DNA of 64,000 nt from Nannocystales bacterium (GTDB lineage Bacteria; Myxococcota_A; Polyangia; Nannocystales; Nannocystaceae): positions 1 to 64,000 of the forward strand of contig JBOEGF010000019.1 of assembly GCA_050633305.1 (NCBI GenBank), written 5' to 3'. The stretch's first letter is position 1; each line of letters opens with the position of its first letter. Shown in pieces: positions 17,480 to 33,551 of this stretch. A program made the translations under genes and the position numbers. Below the pieces are notes generated by a model that was not told where the DNA came from, ran no database searches, and worked only from the letters and a program-made list of their open reading frames with translations.

Positions 17480-18294
17480 AGGCGCCTGAGGATCTTCGGG
17501 AGTGGGCCGCCGAGTACCGAAGGGCTCGGCATCCTCCGGGCACGCTGGCGGGGCGAATTCGCGTCGCGATCCGTGCGGAAGAGCAGGCGGGCGCTCGAGA
17601 CCACGGCCAACCCGATGACGACGACGAAAACTCGCTCGCGCCGGTTGCTTCTTCCAAACGCTGGGCGCTGGGGTTTGCGGTGGGGGCAATGCTGGGGGTT
17701 GCCGCGCTACTGTTGTTGAGCTTGATCGGCCGATGGGTCCATCCTCGGCAGGAGCTTGTCTCCAACCCGCAGGAGGCACCGCTCGGCTCCATCCCGGAGC
17801 CGGAGACCGCCACGACCTCCCGGAAACCGGGACGGCCGCCGCACGGCCCCACGAAGACGAAGCCGGTCCGCGACACCGTCACGAGTGAGGCGGTGCCCGG
17901 ACCGGTCGTGCCCCCGCCCACCCCCGGGTTGCGTCGACCGCGGCGCGGACGTGTTTCGAGCGGAGCTGGCGGTCCCTCTGCCCCGCCGTCCGAGGCTGCT
18001 GCCACGACACCAACCCCGGGTTCGAGCGCCGACTTGCGCAGCGCCAGGTTGCTTCGGCAGGCGGAGCACATGCTGACGGGCAAACCCAAGGCGGCGAAGG
18101 TGTTGTTGGAGTCTCATGCTCGCGACAACCCTCGCTCGGTCCTCTCTCTCGAGCGCGAGGCTCTGTGGATTCGAGCGGCCTGCCTGGTCGGTGGGGCGCC
18201 CGGCTTGGCCAAGCGACGGGCGGCGTTCGCCCGGCGAGCTGACGTGTCGGCGTATCGAGCGGCAGTCGCCCAGGATTGCGACGGGCGATTGTAG
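17476..18294 (+). CDS. Putative single-pass anti-sigma factor with C-terminal TPR-like helix pair
   Basis: ATGA overlap with the sigma gene; TM segment WALGFAVGAMLGVAALLLLSLIG; Pro-rich linker; LLRQAE...LEREALWIRAAC. Confidence 0.7.
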   Translation: MKAPEDLREWAAEYRRARHPPGTLAGRIRVAIRAEEQAGARDHGQPDDDDENSLAPVASSKRWALGFAVGAMLGVAALLLLSLIGRWVHPRQELVSNPQEAPLGSIPEPETATTSRKPGRPPHGPTKTKPVRDTVTSEAVPGPVVPPPTPGLRRPRRGRVSSGAGGPSAPPSEAAATTPTPGSSADLRSARLLRQAEHMLTGKPKAAKVLLESHARDNPRSVLSLEREALWIRAACLVGGAPGLAKRRAAFARRADVSAYRAAVAQDCDGRL

Positions 18295-18344
18295 TTTCTC
18301 CGGCTTCGATCAGAATCTGAACACGCCAGCGGACACCACGTTGC

Positions 18345-19139
18345 ATGAACCACACAATGGCTGTCGCTGTATCCTGTCTCCTCGTCTTGGGGGCCTGCGA
18401 CTTGGGAGAGACAGACCTCGGGGAACTCGACTCCGATGGGACGAACACTGGTACCGGTGAGGAACCCGCGCGGTTGTGCGAGTTCGGAAGCTCGGTGTTT
18501 GGGTTCTCGATCGTGTTCCCCGAGAAGGAGGTGGGTGAGGCGGAGCTCGAGGTTCGAGATGCGTCGTGCCTGATCGAGTCGTATGAGTTGCAGTCGGTTG
18601 AGCCGATGGGGCCGGAGTCGACCCCCCACCAGATCGTTCAGCTGGTCATGGCTTGCGACGAAGGCGACGGACCCACGGACATCCCGTACGAGTTGGCTTT
18701 CACCGTTCCCGCCGACGAGGTCATCCCCGTGTCGATGGGGCAGCAGCTCGAGGTGCACGTGGAACGACTCAGGCATGAAGTGAGCGGTCGGACGATCGTG
18801 GAACTCAGCTCGGAAGGTGAGTCACTCGTCCGAATCTTCAGCGCCGAAGACTTTGCTGGGATCAGCATCTGCGCGGAGTCGTCGGACCCACCCCGGGCTG
18901 AACTCGACGATTGGCTCGTGCCGTTGTTACTCCGGACCGAAGACGCAGCGTGTTCCGACCAAGCGCCGCCGCTTCAGCTGGGCTTCACCGCTGCCGACGC
19001 GCCCCCGATACTGCCCGGGATGATGGCAACGACCCCGGGAGGTGCCCGCAGAGTGTTGTTGGAGGACCTCGATTGCGTCATCGAGGATGACGGGACCAAC
19101 GAGTCCTGGCGGGTGGTCATGCTTGACTGGGCGATCTGA
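18345..19139 (+). CDS. Acidic lipoprotein, function unknown
   Basis: Lipobox LVLGAC; acidic, protein-like composition. Confidence 0.7.
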   Translation: MNHTMAVAVSCLLVLGACDLGETDLGELDSDGTNTGTGEEPARLCEFGSSVFGFSIVFPEKEVGEAELEVRDASCLIESYELQSVEPMGPESTPHQIVQLVMACDEGDGPTDIPYELAFTVPADEVIPVSMGQQLEVHVERLRHEVSGRTIVELSSEGESLVRIFSAEDFAGISICAESSDPPRAELDDWLVPLLLRTEDAACSDQAPPLQLGFTAADAPPILPGMMATTPGGARRVLLEDLDCVIEDDGTNESWRVVMLDWAI

Positions 19140-19310
19140 GCCGGACCGTGTAGGTGCGTTCTGTCCTACATTCGACCCGGCTGCCGAGCCTCCGTAGGCG
19201 GCTCGACGGCCGCCCGCTCGGCTCGGGCGTTTGCTTTGCCGTGCGGCCAAATCGCGCTTCCTGTCCCAAAAGCGGACGTCGTTCGGTACGGTTGCCGCGT
19301 GGTGGGGTGG

Positions 19311-22508
<3,198 letters not shown>

Positions 22509-22516
22509 GAGGTGTT

Positions 22517-22545
22517 CGGGTGCTCCGGGTCGCCCGGAGCATCCG
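22517..22545. terminator. Hairpin between convergent genes (possible bidirectional terminator)
   Basis: cgggtgctccggg-tcg-cccggagcatccg forms a 13-bp stem with one G-U pair; no clear U-tract. Confidence 0.55.
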
Positions 22546-22586
22546 TGCCCCATGCGTTGGTTGCGTCTTCGAGGGCGTCGACTCGC

Positions 22587-23948
22587 TCAGTAACCTTTGC
22601 CTGGGTTGAGGATGCCCTTGGGGTCGAACACCTCCTTGATGCCTCGCATCAGCGTCAACTCGCGTGAGCCGACCATGCGCCCGAGGTGCGCCCGCTTGAG
22701 GAGGCCCACGCCGTGCTCGCCCGTCACAGACCCTCCGAGCGCGAGCGCCCCGGCGATGATCTCGTCGAACGCAGCAACGGCGGCCGCGGTCGCGGTGGTG
22801 TCGTGGGCGTCGTAGACAAGGGTGGGGTGGAGGTTGCCGTCGCCCGCGTGACCGAACGTGCCCACGGTGACGTCGTGACGCGTCGCGGCGGCCGTGCACA
22901 GCTCGAGCAGCGCAGGGATCTTGGCCAGGGGCACGGCGACGTCGTCCAGCAAGCAGTGCCCCATCTTCTCGAGGGCGGGTAAGGCCATGGCGCGAGCTTT
23001 CATGAACATCTCGCCCTCGGTCTCGTCCAGCGTCGTGGCCACGAATGAGGAGCCGAGGCGCTCGCACGTGGCTTCGGCCACCCGCATGATCTCGGCCGCG
23101 TTCGCAGTGTCCGCTTGCGCCAAGAGCAACACCTCGGCATCGGTATCCAGATCCATGTTGGCCATCGCCTCCACTGCGCGCACGGTGGTCTTGTCCATCA
23201 CCTCCAGCTTGGAGAGGTCACCGCGGGCCGCGAGGGCGATGATGGCCTGGCCGGCGGTTGCAAGGTCTCCGAACTGAGCGACCAACGTCCCGCAAGCCGG
23301 GCGCGCGGGCAGCAGACGCGCGGTGATCTCCACAACGACCGCGAGCGTCCCCTCCGAGCCGACGAGGAGCGAGGTGAGATCGAGGCCGGCCACATTCTTG
23401 ATCGTGCCCGCGCCGGTTCGGATCAGCGAACCATCGGGCAATACGGCGACCAAGCACGCGATGTGGTCCCCGGTGACGCCGTACTTGAGGCAACAGGCCC
23501 CACCCGCGTTGGTGGCGACATTGCCGCCCAGCGTGCAGATGTCGCGGCTCGCAGGATCGGGCGCGTACATCAGGCCGTGCTTACGCGCAGCATCGTCGAG
23601 CGTTCGATTGAGGACCCCTGGCTCGACGCGAGCGAGGCGGGTCTCGGGATCGATGTCCAGGATTCGGTCCATCTTCTCCAAGCTCAGAACGACGCAACCA
23701 TCGACCGCGTTGGCTCCCCCTGAGAGGCCGGTGCCCGCGCCGCGCGGCACCACCACGGTTCCGGTTTCGGAAGCGATGCGCAGCACCGATTGCACGCTCT
23801 CCACAGAACGTGCCCGCACCACCGCGGCGGCCCGACCCGCCGGGCAAAAGCCGGCCTCGTCTGCAGCGTATGCCTGGGCGATGTCGGGGTCGGTGCTCAG
23901 TTCTCGCTCAGGGAGAGCCGCGGCCAGCTGCGTCAGGACCGGACTCAT
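22587..23948 (-). CDS. FAD-linked oxidase, GlcD/D-2-hydroxyacid dehydrogenase family
   Basis: PRGAGTGLSGGA, PDPAS, GGNVATNAGG, GSEGTL, GHAGDGNLH, GEHGVG, DPKGILNPGK. Confidence 0.9.
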   Translation of the reverse strand: MSPVLTQLAAALPERELSTDPDIAQAYAADEAGFCPAGRAAAVVRARSVESVQSVLRIASETGTVVVPRGAGTGLSGGANAVDGCVVLSLEKMDRILDIDPETRLARVEPGVLNRTLDDAARKHGLMYAPDPASRDICTLGGNVATNAGGACCLKYGVTGDHIACLVAVLPDGSLIRTGAGTIKNVAGLDLTSLLVGSEGTLAVVVEITARLLPARPACGTLVAQFGDLATAGQAIIALAARGDLSKLEVMDKTTVRAVEAMANMDLDTDAEVLLLAQADTANAAEIMRVAEATCERLGSSFVATTLDETEGEMFMKARAMALPALEKMGHCLLDDVAVPLAKIPALLELCTAAATRHDVTVGTFGHAGDGNLHPTLVYDAHDTTATAAAVAAFDEIIAGALALGGSVTGEHGVGLLKRAHLGRMVGSRELTLMRGIKEVFDPKGILNPGKGY

Positions 23949-24673
23949 GTCGCGTCCGTCCCTTCGTAGAAGTCCGCGATGTGGGCTCGCACCCGGTCCG
24001 CAGCCAGCTGTGCGTCGCCTGACTCGATGGCGTCGAGGAGCTCGAGATGCTCCTGGGCCAACGCGGGCAACACGGAGCTGACGGTAGGCGATGCCGCCAG
24101 CGCATCTCGCAGGTGAGTTGCCATGGCCTCGCGAACCACCGTCATCACCAGCGCGTACGCTCGATTGTCGGCCGCGTCGATGAGCGCCGTGTGAAACGCA
24201 ACATCGGCTTGCAAGAAGGCCTCGGGCTCATCGGTGTCGACCATCACCTGCGCGGCAGCACGAGCCCGGTGCAACGCTTCGGTCTGGCCGCCGTGTGCGG
24301 CACGGCGGACCGCGTCCTCTTCGATGAGCAGACGCAGCTCAACCAGGTCTGCCCGCGGCAAGCGCTCGAGCGCGACGGCGGTGCCCAGAGCCGTCGCCGC
24401 GATCGGTAGGGCACCATCGCGCCGAACCTTGGGTCCTCGCGTCGAGACGCGGTCTCCACCAGTGACCAGCCCCTGGGCTTGAAGGATGCGTAGCGCCTCC
24501 CGAACGGTCGAACGGCCGACCGACAACCGGGCGCACAACTCCTTCTCGCTGGGCAGGGCCGCTCCGTCGGCAAGCTCCCCGGACACGATCGCTCGCTGCA
24601 GCCGGCGGGCGATCGTGAGGCTCAGCGGTGCACGCTCCGCGGCATCGAGCACGCCTTCAAAGACGTCTGACAT
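23945..24673 (-). CDS. FadR/GntR-family transcriptional regulator (wHTH + FCD)
   Basis: LPSEKELCARLSVGRSTVREALRIL; FCD motifs ADVAFH and QEHLELLDAI; 4-nt overlap with the oxidase gene. Confidence 0.9.
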   Translation of the reverse strand: MSDVFEGVLDAAERAPLSLTIARRLQRAIVSGELADGAALPSEKELCARLSVGRSTVREALRILQAQGLVTGGDRVSTRGPKVRRDGALPIAATALGTAVALERLPRADLVELRLLIEEDAVRRAAHGGQTEALHRARAAAQVMVDTDEPEAFLQADVAFHTALIDAADNRAYALVMTVVREAMATHLRDALAASPTVSSVLPALAQEHLELLDAIESGDAQLAADRVRAHIADFYEGTDAT

Positions 24674-24699
24674 GACAGCACCGTACACCCGTCGGCTCG

Positions 24700-24722
24700 C
24701 CTTGTCTGCTTGTCTGACAAGG
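24700..24722. promoter_or_regulatory. Probable GntR/FadR-type operator (CTTGTC-T-GACAAG palindrome plus a second CTTGTCTG copy)
   Basis: ccttgtctgcttgtctgacaagg in the 64-bp divergent intergenic region; a GT...AC dyad is typical of GntR-family sites. Confidence 0.6.
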
Positions 24723-24737
24723 TGATATTGTATCCGA

Positions 24738-25340
<603 letters not shown>

Positions 25341-25355
25341 ACGCCGCTTGCGCCC

Positions 25356-26144
25356 TCACTCGACCAGCTGGGGCAGCCGCGATCGCAACGAGGGCAGCTC
25401 GAGGCGTGGGTCGAGCAACCGCTGGTCATAGGCGCGGCCAAACGTGGGCACGATGGTCCAGTCCGCGCCGTGCCGCTGGCGCAGCGCCATCGCCAGGTCA
25501 TAGAAGCTCCAGCCCTCGTTGCCGTCCACGTGATAGAGGCCGGGCCTCGACTCCGCGATCTGTCGCAGCATCGCGGCCGTGTCCGCCAGCATCGAGCACG
25601 CCGGGATCCAACGGGTGCTCGCCTCCACACCACCGCGGGCTTGGAGCCACGCGGCCATTTGGTTGCCCGTGAGCGCCTCCCCGATCTGCCACCCCAGCCG
25701 CGCCACGCGAGCACAGGGGTTCTGTGCGAAGACCCGCGCTTCGGCCTCTTTCTTGGTCCGCCCGTAGTCGTGCGCAGCATCGGGCCGCATCGCGATGGTG
25801 TAGGGCCCCGCCACCGCCTCGGTGAACACCATCACCGTGCTCGTGAATACGAACGGAATGTCGAGCTCACGAGTGATCCACGCCAGCTCGCTGGTCCACT
25901 CGTAGTTGACCGACCAGACCTCCTCCGCCGAGAGCTGGGTCTGGGTCGGTTGTGACGCGGTCGCGAGGTGGAAGAGTGCCGTGGGCGCGGTATCGCCGAC
26001 GAACGCCTTCATCCGGGCGTAGTCATCGTTGGGAATCTTGCTTCGGTCCCAGCCGACCACTTCCCAGCCCTGCGCTTCGAGGTGCGCCCGGAGTGCGCCG
26101 CCGATCGTGCCCCGACTTCCCGTGATGAGTGCCCGCTTCGCCAT
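25356..26144 (-). CDS. RmlD-like extended SDR / NAD-dependent reductase
   Basis: LITGSRGTIG Rossmann motif, FTST, YGRTK (YxxxK). Start set at ATG 26144. Confidence 0.8.
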   Translation of the reverse strand: MAKRALITGSRGTIGGALRAHLEAQGWEVVGWDRSKIPNDDYARMKAFVGDTAPTALFHLATASQPTQTQLSAEEVWSVNYEWTSELAWITRELDIPFVFTSTVMVFTEAVAGPYTIAMRPDAAHDYGRTKKEAEARVFAQNPCARVARLGWQIGEALTGNQMAAWLQARGGVEASTRWIPACSMLADTAAMLRQIAESRPGLYHVDGNEGWSFYDLAMALRQRHGADWTIVPTFGRAYDQRLLDPRLELPSLRSRLPQLVE

Positions 26145-26259
26145 CACGCAGACCCTAAACCGTGCTGCTACCGCGGTGCTACGTCCGAGGGGCAGCGTTT
26201 CGGGTGCTTGCCGTACACGCCACAGTGCTGGATCGAGTTCGGTTGCAACGGACCGGCTG

Positions 26260-26763
26260 CTACAGAGGAATGCTTGGGTGCTCTGGATCGCCGGGAGCCT
26301 CCGTACCCGACGCGATGGTGGCATCGGTCGGTTGGACGAGGTTGCCGTCGCTGTCGACGAGGGCAGCACGAAGCCGAAGTCCTGACGTGCGGTGGCGGAT
26401 CTGAGCGGCAGGCTCGTCCAGGTGTCGTGCGCCCCAGTCCATCAGCGCGGCGAACACGATGCCGAGCTCGCCAGCGGCGGGCGTGAGACGGTATCGCTGC
26501 CTCACGCGCTGGCCGGCCTCCTGGTAGCTCTGTTTGGTGACGAGCCCGAGTTCTTGGAGACGCTTGAGCCTTGAGCTCAAGACGGATCTGGAGCACCCGA
26601 GATCGGCGTGCAGATCGTCGAAGCGTGTGACGCCGTAGAGCATCTCGCGAAGGACGAGCAGCATGACTCGGTCAGCGAGCAAGTCGGCTGCTTTGGCCAA
26701 GCCACATTGCGCGGCCGGGATCGGAGCGCGTAGGTGGGGCGAGTCGTTGTTGGCGGTTGTCAT
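26260..26763 (-). CDS. HxlR-family winged-helix regulator
   Basis: CGLAKAADLLADR, RFDDL, LSSRLKRL, YRLTPA, LMDWG. Confidence 0.88.
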   Translation of the reverse strand: MTTANNDSPHLRAPIPAAQCGLAKAADLLADRVMLLVLREMLYGVTRFDDLHADLGCSRSVLSSRLKRLQELGLVTKQSYQEAGQRVRQRYRLTPAAGELGIVFAALMDWGARHLDEPAAQIRHRTSGLRLRAALVDSDGNLVQPTDATIASGTEAPGDPEHPSIPL

Positions 26764-26868
26764 GGATCCCTCAAGGGGCCATGGGCGGGCCCCCTCGCGA
26801 GCGGGTCAGCCTAGCAGTCTGGTTGTGCTGCTGCTCCCGATCGCACCGGCCTGACGGCGCGCGGTCCG

Positions 26869-27318
26869 TCAGCAGAGCAATGCCGCGCTGGTGGCGAGCC
26901 CCGCTGTGATTCCGCCGAGCATCAGTGCGTTGAAGCGGTTGATCGTTCGCTCTCGGGGGTCTCGGGCGTTGCGGAGGCCGTGGGTCGCGAATGCGAAGCC
27001 GAGTCCGTTCGAGACGAGTCCGGCCCCGATCGCATACCAGGGCACGACGCCGTGCAGCGTGGTCGCGAGCCCGAAGGCGTACATGACGAGCAGGGCGAGG
27101 TTGGAGGCGCCGAGGCCTCGCACGATCACATGCCCGGACGGGGTTCCGTTGGGCAGGACCAAGCGGGGCTTGAGCAGCAGTGGAAGTGACCACAGCGACA
27201 GGGTCAGCAGGATTTTGACTGCGAGGGTTACCTGGAGCAGCAGCACGACAGGCGCAATCGGTGAGGGGTTGGTTTGAACATCCCCGTCGTCATGACACGT
27301 TATGAGTCCTGGGTCCAT
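26869..27318 (-). CDS. Small multi-pass membrane protein, function unknown
   Basis: About four hydrophobic segments; start uncertain. Confidence 0.55.
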   Translation of the reverse strand: MDPGLITCHDDGDVQTNPSPIAPVVLLLQVTLAVKILLTLSLWSLPLLLKPRLVLPNGTPSGHVIVRGLGASNLALLVMYAFGLATTLHGVVPWYAIGAGLVSNGLGFAFATHGLRNARDPRERTINRFNALMLGGITAGLATSAALLC

Positions 27319-27418
27319 ACTTAGGATCCAGCTGGCTGTGAGGAACCGGTAGGCGTTTTCGGCGCCGTAGCCGATGGCATGTCGTCGCGTGCTGTGACCC
27401 GCGCGGTGGTACGCGGCG

Positions 27419-28741
27419 CTACGATTTGTCCGACATCGGAGGCGGAAACTGAAGCACTTCGGTCTTCGTTTTCGTCTTCCGACGTGGCTTCGGAGTGTCC
27501 GGCGCGGGCGCGTGGCCCACGGTCGTACTCTCGATCGGTGCTGGCGCTTGGGTTGGGGCGTCGGACCCGGGGTGGGACTCCGCCGGCGAGTCGTCGTCGC
27601 TTTGATCCTCGTCCTCGATGGCCGCTTCAGCGGCGGCTTGCGCCTCTGCCCACACCTTGTCGAAGGCGTCGTCGGAATCCGGCGCGGCCAGGGATGGGGC
27701 GCCGACGAGCGTCTTGAGCGGCTGCCTCATGGCCTCGCGGTCCGCCTTGGCCAGCTCTGCTTCGCCCATGCCATGACCTGGATCGGTGAGCACGGCGGGG
27801 CGACTGGGTGGCACGAGGTTTGGCCCCAACGTACGAGAGGACGAACCCGAGAATGTTCCGCTGCCGCTGGGGGCACTCTCCACGCGCCGGACCGTGCCGT
27901 CACGCAAGGCGCCGAGGAACCAAGCGAGCAGCGCGGCGATCGTTCCGCCGGCTGCAATCTCCAAGGCGACTCGAGACCGCGTGAGGTTGGCGAGCCGTAG
28001 GGGCGCCGCTTCGTCGATGAGCGCCATGTACACGACGGCGCCCGCGACGACGGCAAGAAGAATGCACAGGGCCGCCACCGAGCGCCCGATGGCAGCCGCA
28101 CCGTCCTCGCGAACTGCTGTGTTCGCGACGATGAGCCAGCCGAGGATGAGCACGATGAGCCAGCCCACGAGGGACCCTGTCCGCCAGGGACGAATCCGAA
28201 AAGGAGACAGGGGAGGCGCCGCTCCGGCGATGCTCGCGACTGCGTCGTCGAAAACCTTCGCGTACAGCGACCGCTCGGATTCTCGGACTGCCAGGAACAC
28301 CGCGCCCTGACCGGACCCGGCGCTGACCACTGCAACTTGATAGACGACCCCGTTCTCGGTCCAGATGCCGGTCACGATGGGGGCATCCTCGGTTCCCTCG
28401 ACAAGGCGCGGTGAGGAGGCCTCGGATTCAAAGAGGGAGCCCACCGCGTCTTCGAGTGCCCGTTCGGGGTCGAGCTCCGCACCCGGCGACATCGCGAAGG
28501 GCAGGGACAAGAGCGCCAGCGTCTCCGAGAAGTCGTCATCGGAACGGGTCGAGAACACGTCGTCGACCCGACCGTCGAGTGCGTCCGCCCAGTCGTCCGC
28601 GCGCGCGGCCGCTTCTTCGGATCCCTCTTCCCAGCCAGCAGGAGCATCGGCCATCCGCACCGCGGCCTGCGCCGATAGCGCAAACAGCAGGACGCACAAG
28701 ACCGCGCTCCAGCGCAGCCAGGGTGTTTGACCGGGCGACAT
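27419..28741 (-). CDS. Membrane protein with exported N-domain, about 3 TM segments and acidic/Pro-rich tail
   Basis: Signal peptide ending AQA-A; hydrophobic segments in the middle; disordered C-terminus. Confidence 0.7.
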   Translation of the reverse strand: MSPGQTPWLRWSAVLCVLLFALSAQAAVRMADAPAGWEEGSEEAAARADDWADALDGRVDDVFSTRSDDDFSETLALLSLPFAMSPGAELDPERALEDAVGSLFESEASSPRLVEGTEDAPIVTGIWTENGVVYQVAVVSAGSGQGAVFLAVRESERSLYAKVFDDAVASIAGAAPPLSPFRIRPWRTGSLVGWLIVLILGWLIVANTAVREDGAAAIGRSVAALCILLAVVAGAVVYMALIDEAAPLRLANLTRSRVALEIAAGGTIAALLAWFLGALRDGTVRRVESAPSGSGTFSGSSSRTLGPNLVPPSRPAVLTDPGHGMGEAELAKADREAMRQPLKTLVGAPSLAAPDSDDAFDKVWAEAQAAAEAAIEDEDQSDDDSPAESHPGSDAPTQAPAPIESTTVGHAPAPDTPKPRRKTKTKTEVLQFPPPMSDKS

Positions 28742-28845
28742 GATCGTTTTCGATCGTATCCCAGCTGCGGAGAAATGGCCCGAAAGCTCCCAAAAACGCG
28801 GGGGATCGGGGTTGCCTCGGCTGAAGACCCGAGCTAGATATCCTT

Positions 28846-28865
28846 TCATCCGGTTGCACGGATAT
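28846..28865. promoter_or_regulatory. Putative SahR-type operator (ATCCG-N6-CGGAT, i.e. ATC-N10-GAT)
   Basis: tcATCCGGTTGCACGGATat lies immediately before the ATG of the ArsR-methyltransferase gene. Confidence 0.55.
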
Positions 28866-29819
28866 ATGGATCTCTCCGCTCATACCGCGCTGATGTCGCT
28901 GTTCGCCGACCCGACGCGACTCCGGCTGCTCGCCCTGCTCTCCCGAGAGGAGCTCACGGTCACTGAGCTGACGCGCATCACTGGACTGTCGCAGTCGCGC
29001 GTTTCCACGCACCTGGGGAAACTCCGTGACGCGAGCGCTGTGCTGGACCGCAAGGTCGGCGTTTCTGCGTTCTACCGTCTCGAAGAGGACCGGATGCCCC
29101 CAGGGGTGCGTCGTATTTGGGATGTCGTCCGGGGGCAGGTGGACGATGCGCTGCTCGATGATGACGCGGCCCGCTGTGCCGAGGCGGTCGAGGCTCGAAC
29201 CGATGGCAAGGCGTGGCCCGACCAGGTGGCCGGCCGGATGGAACACCACTACTCGCCCGGACGCACTTGGGAAGCCCTGGCCCGGGGTGTGATCGGCCTG
29301 GTCGACCTCGGCGATGTCCTCGACATCGGGGCTGGCGACGGGGTGTTGGCGCAGCTTCTCGCTCCGCGGGCGCTTTCCTACACCTGCGTCGACTCCAGTC
29401 CCAAGGTGCTGACCGCGGCGCAGTCTCGCCTCGCCTCCCACGCCAACCTCTCGTTTCACGCCGCCGACATGCACGCGCTCCCGATGCCCGCGTCGTCGTT
29501 CGACCAGGTGTTGATGTTCCACGTGCTCACCTACGCCGAGCGTCCCTCCGATGCGCTCTCGGAGGCGTTCCGAGTGTTGCGCCCCGGCGGCCGCCTCGTC
29601 GTGGTGACGCTCGACCGGCACGAGCACACCGAGGTCTCCTCCGCCTACGACCATGTCAACGACGGGTTCTCTCCGGAGGTCCTTCGAGGCTTGCTCTCCG
29701 ATCGCGGTTTCGATGTTCCCCATTGCAGCGTCTCTGCCCGTGAGCGCCGCAAACCCTACTTCCGCGTTGTGACGGCGTTTGCGTGCCGACCTTCCAACGT
29801 TGCGGTCTGCGCAAGCTGA
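28866..29819 (+). CDS. sahR: ArsR-family regulator fused to a SAM-binding methyltransferase domain (SahR/SamR type)
   Basis: [12 protein letters not shown]...[42 protein letters not shown]; directly upstream of metH. Confidence 0.8.
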   Translation: MDLSAHTALMSLFADPTRLRLLALLSREELTVTELTRITGLSQSRVSTHLGKLRDASAVLDRKVGVSAFYRLEEDRMPPGVRRIWDVVRGQVDDALLDDDAARCAEAVEARTDGKAWPDQVAGRMEHHYSPGRTWEALARGVIGLVDLGDVLDIGAGDGVLAQLLAPRALSYTCVDSSPKVLTAAQSRLASHANLSFHAADMHALPMPASSFDQVLMFHVLTYAERPSDALSEAFRVLRPGGRLVVVTLDRHEHTEVSSAYDHVNDGFSPEVLRGLLSDRGFDVPHCSVSARERRKPYFRVVTAFACRPSNVAVCAS

Positions 29820-29833
29820 AAGCGACCCCCACG

Positions 29834-33544
<3,711 letters not shown>

Positions 33545-33551
33545 GCGACGG

